This document shows, piece by piece, positions 56,884-64,000 of a DNA stretch of 64,000 nucleotides. Below the pieces are notes generated by a model, which was not told where the DNA came from, did not search any database, and was given only the letters and a program-made list of their open reading frames with translations. This DNA comes from Candidatus Omnitrophota bacterium. GTDB lineage: Bacteria; Omnitrophota; Gorgyraeia; Zapsychrales; Fredricksoniimonadaceae. A program made the position numbers and the translations under genes. Numbering within the stretch: the first letter of the stretch is position 1; every line of letters begins with the position of its first letter. Where the stretch lies: contig JBGAJA010000001.1 in NCBI GenBank assembly GCA_044225175.1, forward strand, positions 134,994 through 198,993. Direction: 5' to 3'.

Positions 56884-58752
56884 ATGATCAAAACATTCTA
56901 CTGTTTTCTTGTTGGACTCTTTTCATTAATCACTATCTCTAGTGTCTACGCTGAGCCTGTTTACGATGCCCATACCCATGTGGATCTTGTGGCTAAGAAT
57001 GAAAGCATTAGGGCGGGAGAGTCGTTTACTGTGGGTTTATTCATGACGATCGATGATGATTGGCATGTTTATTGGGTCAATCCAGGTGACTCAGGATTAC
57101 CGCCTACAATCAATTGGCAATTACCAGAAAGATTACATGCAGGTCAAATCCAATGGCCTTACCCAAAACGCATCAATGTCAGTTCTTTAACGAGTTATGG
57201 TTATGAGAAACAAGTATTATTTCCTATCCAAATGGATGTGGAACCTTCTATTCAATCCTCTTCAATTACGTTAAAAGCAAAAGTAAGTTGGTTAGCCTGC
57301 AAAATTGAATGCATTCCAGGTAAAGCAGAACTTCAGTTAACATTGCCTATTTCTTCAGAAATACCTCAGCTGAATTCCAAATTTAAAGAAATTTTTGAAC
57401 AAGCCCAACAAAATTTGCCTAAGCATGATTCAACTCAACAGCCTTTCGCTCAAATGAACGCATCTTCCATCCATTTGGTTTTTAAAAAAGCTCCATTAGA
57501 CAATCTCGAATTCTTTCCAGAACGTTCAGATTTAATCGAGCATTCTGCAGTACAGAAGATGGAATCCCATAAAGATGGTTTTCATTTAGTGATTCCAAAA
57601 TCAAATCTATTCCCATCAGAGGTGAATCGTTTAAAAGGAATAGTAGTCCGTCAAGGCTCTCAAGCTTTATCTATAGATGTACCAATCACCTTTGTACCGG
57701 TTTCACAAAGTTCAAACTTAAACCTTTGGTTGGCCTGCGTCTTTGCAATTATAGGAGGATTAATCCTTAATCTAATGCCTTGTGTTTTACCCGTGTTATC
57801 GCTCAAAGTTTTAAGCTTAGTAAAACATAAAGATAATCGGCTAGAGTCGTTCTTTCATGGATTGATTTTTACCCTGGGAATTCTATGTTCTTTTTGGATT
57901 CTAGCTGGCGTTCTCATTTTTTTAAAGACTGCCGGTCAAAATATAGGGTGGGGCTTTCAGTTTCAATCTCCATTTTTTGTAGGTTCCATGGCATTATTAT
58001 TGTTTGTTTTAGGGTTGAATCTTTTTGGGGTTTTTGAATGGAATATTTTCTTAGCAAGTCGTCCTAGCCAGGGCAAAGGTTTTATATCGAGTTTTTGGGG
58101 AGGAGTTCTAGCTACAGTATTAGCTACGCCTTGTACGGCTCCATTCATGGGGGCCGCTTTAAGCTATGCTTTGACTCAAACTTCCGTAGTTGCTTTACTT
58201 ATTTTCACATGTTTGGGTTTGGGCATGGCGCTTCCATATTTAATCTTAAGTGCAAACCCTGCATGGCTTACATTGATCCCTAAACCTGGTCCTTGGATGG
58301 TCACTTTAAAAAGAATTTTTGGAGTCTTGATGATGTTTTGTGTCGTGTGGTTAGTATGGGTCTTTAGTTTACAAACAGGCCTCTATAAACCTTCCATTAA
58401 CTTAAATAAGGGTGGAATTGCTTGGCAGGAGTTTTCCTCGTCGAAACTACAGACACTAAGGTCTGGAACTCAGCCTATCTTCATTGATTTTACAGCTGCC
58501 TGGTGTCTGACATGTCAGGTTAATGACCGTACGGTCTTTAATCAAGAAAGTGTCATCAAAAGATTCCAAGAATTGTCTATTGTTCCACTTAAAGCTGATT
58601 GGACTAATTATGATCAGGACATCACCAATGCTTTAAAGGCCTATGGAAGAAATAGTATTCCTTTATATATCTATTATCCAAAACCTAATGGAGAGCCTAT
58701 CATTTTGCCAGAGCTTATAACGGCTGCTATAATAACCGAACGTTTAGAATAA
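56884..58752 (+). CDS. dsbD: thiol:disulfide interchange protein DsbD (protein-disulfide reductase)
   Basis: N-terminal DsbD-alpha periplasmic domain, central CcdA-like TM core (LMPCVLPVL), C-terminal thioredoxin domain with CxxC (WCLTCQ). Confidence 0.8.
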   Translation: MIKTFYCFLVGLFSLITISSVYAEPVYDAHTHVDLVAKNESIRAGESFTVGLFMTIDDDWHVYWVNPGDSGLPPTINWQLPERLHAGQIQWPYPKRINVSSLTSYGYEKQVLFPIQMDVEPSIQSSSITLKAKVSWLACKIECIPGKAELQLTLPISSEIPQLNSKFKEIFEQAQQNLPKHDSTQQPFAQMNASSIHLVFKKAPLDNLEFFPERSDLIEHSAVQKMESHKDGFHLVIPKSNLFPSEVNRLKGIVVRQGSQALSIDVPITFVPVSQSSNLNLWLACVFAIIGGLILNLMPCVLPVLSLKVLSLVKHKDNRLESFFHGLIFTLGILCSFWILAGVLIFLKTAGQNIGWGFQFQSPFFVGSMALLLFVLGLNLFGVFEWNIFLASRPSQGKGFISSFWGGVLATVLATPCTAPFMGAALSYALTQTSVVALLIFTCLGLGMALPYLILSANPAWLTLIPKPGPWMVTLKRIFGVLMMFCVVWLVWVFSLQTGLYKPSINLNKGGIAWQEFSSSKLQTLRSGTQPIFIDFTAAWCLTCQVNDRTVFNQESVIKRFQELSIVPLKADWTNYDQDITNALKAYGRNSIPLYIYYPKPNGEPIILPELITAAIITERLE

Positions 58753-58774
58753 CAATCACTAAAGGAGAGAGCAT

Positions 58775-59380
58775 ATGTCAGTCTTAAAATTGCTGGTCGT
58801 AACATTAGGGTTATTCTTATCAGTCCAACCACTTCATGCAGCTGTAACCACAGGTCAACCTGCACCCGATTTTTCTTTAGCAGACACTAAGGCAGTAGCT
58901 CACAGCCTATCGCAATATAAAGGTAAGTATGTTGTATTGGAATGGTTAAATCATGGATGCCCTTTTGTAAAAAAACATTATGAAAGTAACAATATGCAAA
59001 GTTTACAAAAAGAATTTACAGGCAAAGGCGTGATTTGGCTTTCTATCAATTCTTCCTCAAAAGGCAAAGAAGGTTACACATCTGGCCAAGAAGCAGATCA
59101 ATTAACTCAGCAGAAGAATGCATCCCCGACCGCCGTGCTCTTAGATCCTAAGGGAACAGTTGGTCATTTATATGCTGCCAAGACAACCCCCCATATGTAT
59201 ATCATTAATCCAGAAGGTATTTTGATTTACCAAGGTGCTATTGACGATAAACCAAGTGCAGATACAGCTGATGTGGCATCAGCTAAAAATTATGTTAAAG
59301 CAGCTCTAGATCAATCCATGGCTGGTCAACCCGTTGAAGTATCATCCACTAAATCTTACGGATGCGGTGTGAAATATTAG
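58775..59380 (+). CDS. secreted thioredoxin-fold (redoxin-like) protein
   Basis: Signal peptide. EWLNHGCPFVKKHY active-site-like region of AhpC/TSA-redoxin proteins. Adjacent to dsbD. Confidence 0.5.
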   Translation: MSVLKLLVVTLGLFLSVQPLHAAVTTGQPAPDFSLADTKAVAHSLSQYKGKYVVLEWLNHGCPFVKKHYESNNMQSLQKEFTGKGVIWLSINSSSKGKEGYTSGQEADQLTQQKNASPTAVLLDPKGTVGHLYAAKTTPHMYIINPEGILIYQGAIDDKPSADTADVASAKNYVKAALDQSMAGQPVEVSSTKSYGCGVKY

Positions 59381-59447
59381 TATGTCATCATTTTTTGCTG
59401 TGACTAAGAGGTATTTAACTGCCAGGCTTCTTGGCAAGTAAGGGAAT

Positions 59448-60251
59448 ATGATCTGGAGAGATAATTTACGCAAGGTTGTGGATGAATCAAAAACCCACTT
59501 TGGACGTGCTTTTGACGTCATGGTTTTTGTTTCTATTGGTTTGAGTGTGATTGTAGTTATTTTAGAAAGCATTCCTTCCGTAAAAGCTGTTCATGGAGAG
59601 CTATTACGTCAAGTGGAATGGGGAGTGACAATTTGGTTTACCATTGAATACCTCATGAGACTGATAACGGCGCATAATGCTATTAAGTATGCGACAGGAT
59701 TTTACGGGATTATTGATCTTTTGGCTGTCATCCCGACGTATCTTAGTCTCTTTGTTGTGGGATCCCAGTCATTGATCGTCTTTCGAGCATTTCGTTTCTT
59801 GAGAATTTTTCGAGTTTTTAAGCTGATACGTTGCATTAATGAAGCAGCGACCCTGATGGTGGCTATGAAAGCGAGCCGTCAAAAAATTACTGTCTTTATG
59901 TGCGTGGTGCTTGCTATAGCGCTTGTGATGGGAACATTGATGTATATGGTGGAAGGTGAAAGCGGAGGGTTTGATAGCATTCCCTCGGGAATTTACTGGG
60001 CAATTGTCACCATGACAACGGTTGGGTATGGGGATTTGGCACCGCATACTCCACTAGGTAAACTCTTAGCATCATTTTTAATGCTGATAGGATACTCTAT
60101 TATTGCTATTCCCACGGGTATAGTTTCTGTTGAGATTGCTCAGGCAAATCGTGTTGCCATGGAATCACGGGTCTGTCCTGTTTGTAGCCGTCAAGGACAT
60201 CAAAGCGAGTCTTCTTTCTGTCGATTTTGTGGTGGAAAACTTAATACATGA
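59448..60251 (+). CDS. voltage-gated-like K+ channel (selectivity filter TVGYGD) with C-terminal zinc-ribbon
   Basis: S4-like RAFRFLRIFRVFKLIR, pore TTVGYGDL, C-terminal CPVC-x13-CRFC. Confidence 0.75.
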   Translation: MIWRDNLRKVVDESKTHFGRAFDVMVFVSIGLSVIVVILESIPSVKAVHGELLRQVEWGVTIWFTIEYLMRLITAHNAIKYATGFYGIIDLLAVIPTYLSLFVVGSQSLIVFRAFRFLRIFRVFKLIRCINEAATLMVAMKASRQKITVFMCVVLAIALVMGTLMYMVEGESGGFDSIPSGIYWAIVTMTTVGYGDLAPHTPLGKLLASFLMLIGYSIIAIPTGIVSVEIAQANRVAMESRVCPVCSRQGHQSESSFCRFCGGKLNT

Positions 60252-60271
60252 TATTTTTATAAGGAGAACAG

Positions 60272-60574
60272 ATGGCATTAAAACAGTTATTCAAAAGGGG
60301 TGGTTTATTAAGTATTTGTTTAGTTGCTTTTGTTATTATTCCTCAACCATCCCAAGCAGAATTGCATTTTTCACCTATAGATGGCGGCCTTACTTTTCAA
60401 GATAGCGTTAGGGTAGATGATGCTCCTGCTCATACGGATCAGATTTATCCTGAAGTTGCTGTGGATCAGAATAACAATGTTTATACAGTTTGGAATGATG
60501 CCCGTAATAGCGACTCTCCAGACATCTATTTCTCAAGAAATGCTTTCATGTTAAAAACTCCAAGAGAAAGATAA
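60272..60574 (+). CDS. secreted hypothetical protein (100 aa)
   Basis: Signal peptide, no family recognised. Confidence 0.3.
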   Translation: MALKQLFKRGGLLSICLVAFVIIPQPSQAELHFSPIDGGLTFQDSVRVDDAPAHTDQIYPEVAVDQNNNVYTVWNDARNSDSPDIYFSRNAFMLKTPRER

Positions 60575-60590
60575 AGAAAAGGAGCATTAA

Positions 60591-61034
60591 ATGTCAACTA
60601 ATACCGTTCGTCTTCATCGTGTTTTACGTACAACACCAGAGAAGCTGTACAGGGCTTTTCTTGAGCCGGATGCTATTGCCAAATGGATTCCGCCCAATGG
60701 ATTTACGTGTAAGGTTCACCATATGGATGTGAAGGTGGGGGGTACATACAAAATGTCTTTCACTAACTTTACAACGGGGCAAAACCATTCCTTCGGGGGC
60801 AAATATATTGAATTGATGCCTAATCGCTTGCGCTATACGGACAAATTTGATGACCCAAACATGCCGGGCGAAATCATGGTTACGATTGAATTCAAAAAGG
60901 TCTCTTGTGGTACAGAACTTAACATTGTTCAAGAAGGTTTACCTGCAGTTATACCTGTAGAAATGTGCTATTTAGGCTGGCAAGAGTCGCTTAGTTCTCT
61001 AGCAAAACTTGTGGAGCCGGAAATTAAAGAGTAG
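60591..61034 (+). CDS. SRPBCC/AHSA1-like (activator of Hsp90 ATPase homolog) domain protein
   Basis: 147 aa. The LHRVLRTTPEKLYRAFLEPDAIAKWIPP pattern is typical of AHSA1-domain proteins. Confidence 0.65.
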   Translation: MSTNTVRLHRVLRTTPEKLYRAFLEPDAIAKWIPPNGFTCKVHHMDVKVGGTYKMSFTNFTTGQNHSFGGKYIELMPNRLRYTDKFDDPNMPGEIMVTIEFKKVSCGTELNIVQEGLPAVIPVEMCYLGWQESLSSLAKLVEPEIKE

Positions 61035-61037
61035 CTT

Positions 61038-61913
61038 ATGAAATATTGGTGTATAAGCTTTGTTTTGGTATGCTTTTTGGCAGGCTGTGCTTCTGTCATA
61101 AAGAAAGAAGATATCCTGATTGAAGCTAAACAGATTAAAGCAGAGTCGATTGCTCAACCCGCTGTGAATGTAGAACAAAATCCCGTCATAACTACAGAGT
61201 CTAATCCTGTCTCTAGTATTCCCGCTACAGTGCCGTTATCTTCTCCTATATATCCTACTCAAAAACTTATTTATAAGGCGAAATATTTAGGGATACCTTT
61301 TTGTGAATATATTGTCCAGAATAAGGGGAAAACAGCCGTAAATGGTAAAGAAGCCTATTTGTTAGAAATTGAAGTTAAAACAAATCCTATTTTGGAGAAA
61401 CTCTTTCAAAATAAAGACCGGTATGTGTCCTATATGGATACAGAGAAGTTGGTGGTTTTGCGTCATGAGGAATATGTGAACAAAGGGGTCTTATTAGAAT
61501 CCAGTGTGGATTTTGATTATACGACGCATGTGGCTCGTTATAAGAATTATATTAATCACAGTGAGAAGACAACGCCCATACCAGATAAGATTTTTGACAT
61601 TGTCAGTGGAGGTTTTTATTTGCGAATGATTCCTTGGGAATTAGGTGATGTGGTTGAGATGAATATTTATGCAGATGAGAAGATTTATAATTTTGTAGGC
61701 CTGGTGCATTCAAGAACAGTATTAAATTTGCCGCCCCATGGCAAGCAGGAAGCATATCTTTTTAAGCCATACTTATTTGAAAATGGAGTCCAGGTGAAAA
61801 ATCTTTCTGCTGAAGCGTTCTTTTCTCCAGTTATTCTTAGAACGCCTCTTCGTGCTATTCTTCACACCTTTTTAGGTAGTATAGCCGTCGTGTTAGTCGA
61901 AGAACCCATATAA
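61038..61913 (+). CDS. lipoprotein, function unknown
   Basis: Lipobox LAGC after a signal peptide. Confidence 0.45.
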   Translation: MKYWCISFVLVCFLAGCASVIKKEDILIEAKQIKAESIAQPAVNVEQNPVITTESNPVSSIPATVPLSSPIYPTQKLIYKAKYLGIPFCEYIVQNKGKTAVNGKEAYLLEIEVKTNPILEKLFQNKDRYVSYMDTEKLVVLRHEEYVNKGVLLESSVDFDYTTHVARYKNYINHSEKTTPIPDKIFDIVSGGFYLRMIPWELGDVVEMNIYADEKIYNFVGLVHSRTVLNLPPHGKQEAYLFKPYLFENGVQVKNLSAEAFFSPVILRTPLRAILHTFLGSIAVVLVEEPI

Positions 61914-62037
61914 GTTCCTTCTTTTGTTCCTTTTCACGATCATGATTAATTTACTTTTAATCTTCCCTTAATTTCTTTTCTTTTATATTGAAATCAGTAG
62001 TGATGATTTTAATAACTCTAAAGAAAGGAATTAAACT

Positions 62038-62235
62038 ATGAATAAGGGAACCGCTATAGCTCTAGTAGTTGTAGGAATTATTTTATTGATCTTTGGATAT
62101 AACTCTTATCATTCAGCTAGTTCAAGTATTTCTGAAGTTGTAACAGGTTCGCCCACCTCTAAGGCCATCTGGCTTTTAATTGGTGGATTAATTGCAACAA
62201 TTGTAGGTGGATTTAATTTAGCTCGTGCTAAATAA
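62038..62235 (+). CDS. small two-TM membrane protein
   Basis: 65 aa, two hydrophobic helices. Confidence 0.4.
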   Translation: MNKGTAIALVVVGIILLIFGYNSYHSASSSISEVVTGSPTSKAIWLLIGGLIATIVGGFNLARAK

Positions 62236-62294
62236 ATCTAAGTGCATTCCAAAATCCCACTGCATAGGAATTATGCAGTGGGAAGATAAAGGAG

Positions 62295-62477
62295 ATGGTT
62301 ATGCCAAAATACGGTCAAAAAGCTAAAGATACTGTTGAAAATGCCATGCATAAATATAAAAGAGGCAAATTAAAAAGCGGAAAAAGTGCTAAAACCGTTC
62401 AAAGTCGCCAACAAGCAATAGCCATTGGTCTTTCCGAAGCCCGAAAAAAGGGAGCGAAGGTTCCTGAAAAAAAGTAA
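62295..62477 (+). CDS. small basic conserved hypothetical protein
   Basis: 60 aa with KYGQKAKDTVENAMHKYKRGKLKSG...QAIAIGLSEARKKG, a recurrent small-protein pattern in bacteria. Confidence 0.35.
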   Translation: MVMPKYGQKAKDTVENAMHKYKRGKLKSGKSAKTVQSRQQAIAIGLSEARKKGAKVPEKK

Positions 62478-62607
62478 TTTTTACCTACCCTGCCTAGTAT
62501 TTACTCAAATAAAGAAATCTTGATCGATCCCAAAGAAATAGTTAGAATCGAGCCTTAAATACAGGTATCCCAGAAATTTTTCAAAGAACACATTTTATAG
62601 AGGCATT

Positions 62608-62787
62608 ATGAAAAAATATGGTTTTTCGTTTTCATGGAAACGAGCCATTGGACTTTCGGGTCTCAAGGCTAAGATTTCAAGGAAAATAGGCGTTCCATTA
62701 ACTCAAAGCGGCCGAGAACGTAAGTTGGGGCATGTTATTTTTCAATTCTTGGCTGATCTCTTGGGGCGCTTGTTTAATAGAAAATAG
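62608..62787 (+). CDS. unannotated small ORF (59 aa), hypothetical
   Basis: ATG with an upstream AGAGG-like SD. Below the ORF-track length cutoff. Basic protein MKKYGFSFSWKRAIGLSGLKAKISRKIGVPLTQSGRERKLG... Confidence 0.25.
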   Translation: MKKYGFSFSWKRAIGLSGLKAKISRKIGVPLTQSGRERKLGHVIFQFLADLLGRLFNRK

Positions 62788-62827
62788 ATGTATGGCTCTA
62801 TACCATTAACCGACATATGGAGAGAAT

Positions 62828-63436
62828 ATGTTTAGATCTTTTAGAAAAATAATGAGTGGCCAGAAGTTTGGAGCAACTCGATTAGAAGCTTTTAGCGACG
62901 GGGTATTTGCTATTGTGATCACTCTTTTAGTTTTAGAGTTGCGTGTTCCAGAGGTTCATAGCGCAGAAGAATTGGTTCAGGGTTTAAAAGAACTCATGCC
63001 TAAGTTTATCAGTTTCATCGTCAGTTTTATCTACATTACAATTTATTGGATTAATCACCATCAATTATTCAGCATGATTAAAAGTACCAATAGAGGGCTA
63101 TTTTGGCTTAATAGTCTTTTTTTAATGTGCCTTACCTTTATTCCATTTCCAACGGCGTTAATTGGAAGCTACCCTAATGAATCAGTGGCTGTCATTTTTT
63201 ATGGTTTAGCTATGATAGCAACCGCGATCAGTTTTGTTTTAATGAAAAGTTATGCGTTTTTTGGGCCTCTGGTGGATGAGAAGCATGCCAGACCCAAAGT
63301 TAGATTTTTAATAGCGGGTCCTTTGCTTTATTTAATCGCTGTTGGGCTGGCTCAATTGAACCCAATGTATGCCATCAGCATTTATTTATTAATTCCAATT
63401 ATTTATTTCTTTGCGAGCGGAATAGAAGAGATTTAG
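62828..63436 (+). CDS. TMEM175/DUF1211-family membrane protein, paralog 2
   Basis: RLEAFSDGVFAIVITLLVLELRVP signature. Same family as 23664-24308. Confidence 0.6.
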   Translation: MFRSFRKIMSGQKFGATRLEAFSDGVFAIVITLLVLELRVPEVHSAEELVQGLKELMPKFISFIVSFIYITIYWINHHQLFSMIKSTNRGLFWLNSLFLMCLTFIPFPTALIGSYPNESVAVIFYGLAMIATAISFVLMKSYAFFGPLVDEKHARPKVRFLIAGPLLYLIAVGLAQLNPMYAISIYLLIPIIYFFASGIEEI

Positions 63437-63448
63437 GAGTTTATAAAT

Positions 63449-63634
63449 ATGAATGAGAATAAGAAAACAGTTGAGAAATACTTAGATGGTTTTAATAAAT
63501 TGGATCATACTCAGATTCTGTCGTGTTTGACAGAAGATGTAGAGTGGATTATCCCAGGTATGTTTCATATTAAAGGTCAAGAAGCATTTGATAAAGAAAT
63601 AGAAAATGATGCTAGTTTTTTGAGAAAATATTGA
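63449..63634 (+). pseudogene. truncated NTF2/SnoaL-like fold protein fragment (61 aa)
   Basis: N-terminal VEKYLDGFNKLDHTQILSCLTEDVEWIIPG matches the first half of SnoaL-like proteins (normally 120-140 aa). Premature stop. Confidence 0.35.
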
Positions 63635-63693
63635 AATGTAAAAGAAGTCATGATAAGTTAAAGCCAATTTCTTGTAATTTATAAAGTATTATT

Positions 63694-63996
63694 ATGGACA
63701 ATAAGTCACAAATTCTCTCAGCGATTATTGAAGCAATTAAAGAGGTCAACCAGACCCTACCATTGGAGCGGCAAATAACCACAGATCTTCAAGCTCCTTT
63801 ATATGGCCCACCAAGTCCTGTAGATTCATTGACGGTAACGCTTTTAATTGTGGCCATTGAACAAAAAATCGAACAGAGTATGGGAAAAGTCGTAACATTA
63901 GTGGATTATTCCGTTGGTTTATCGCCTTTAAAGAACATTCATACTTTATTGGAGTATATCGCTTCTTTAATTGAGCGTGATAGTTATGCCGTCTAA
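63694..63996 (+). CDS. possible carrier-protein-like (PP-binding) small protein
   Basis: DSL motif in a helical context (PVDSLTVTLLIVAIEQ) resembles the phosphopantetheine attachment site. Tentative. Confidence 0.3.
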   Translation: MDNKSQILSAIIEAIKEVNQTLPLERQITTDLQAPLYGPPSPVDSLTVTLLIVAIEQKIEQSMGKVVTLVDYSVGLSPLKNIHTLLEYIASLIERDSYAV

Positions 63997-64000
63997 TCTT

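Noticed and set aside
1-64000. CRISPR arrays and rRNA genes
   Set aside because: No short regularly spaced direct repeats and no rRNA-like conserved stretches seen. The only RNA genes are the three tRNAs plus the tRNA-Thr fragment.

Overview
A 64 kb, gene-dense segment of a low-GC (about 36%) bacterial chromosome. DsbD, a LysM L,D-transpeptidase, lipoprotein signal peptides and MscS point to a Gram-negative (diderm) envelope. Almost all genes are on the + strand, and many start/stop codons overlap, indicating operons.

Main blocks, in order:
- 1-4.3 kb: a lipid/phosphodiesterase pair and a beta-CASP RNase.
- 4.4-16.3 kb: a defence/stress island without an integrase. It holds radC, an SNF2 helicase, Type III mod and res, an XRE-ImmA gene plus a DUF4411 PIN-like gene, then tpm, dinD and yidH.
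- 16.4-23.6 kb: three promoter regions sharing a direct-repeat array of GTAGT/GTATT boxes. They drive three operons: receiver-only response regulator with a glycosidase and GT4; CBS protein with ldhA; tandem winged-helix protein with two receiver-only response regulators.
- 23.7-35.5 kb: ion homeostasis and osmoadaptation. Genes are a TMEM175-like channel, a P1B ATPase, an NhaD-like antiporter, a TetR regulator, and the operon sensor-fused OtsA, MscS, OtsB, GH15. A conserved hairpin plus U-tract leader element with a compensatory base-pair change precedes both nhaD and otsA.
- 35.5-42.6 kb: a tRNA-Thr-associated islet bounded by 177 bp direct repeats (a 5-prime tRNA-Thr fragment on the left, the intact tRNA-Thr on the right). 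Its cargo is a 1356 aa secreted HExxH protein and an IS whose transposase is frameshifted at the N-terminus. A tRNA-Thr, tRNA-Tyr, tRNA-Gly array follows.
- 42.6-49.8 kb: a glycosylation operon (GT2 polyprenyl-P-sugar synthase, two GT-C-like membrane proteins, gpsA, TPR protein, AlkD-like protein).
- 50-64 kb: transporters, redox/envelope genes (DsbD and a thioredoxin-like protein, K+ channel, SRPBCC proteins) and small conserved hypothetical proteins.

No rRNA, CRISPR array or phage structural genes were seen. Coordinates of non-ORF features are hand-counted and may be off by 1-2 nt.
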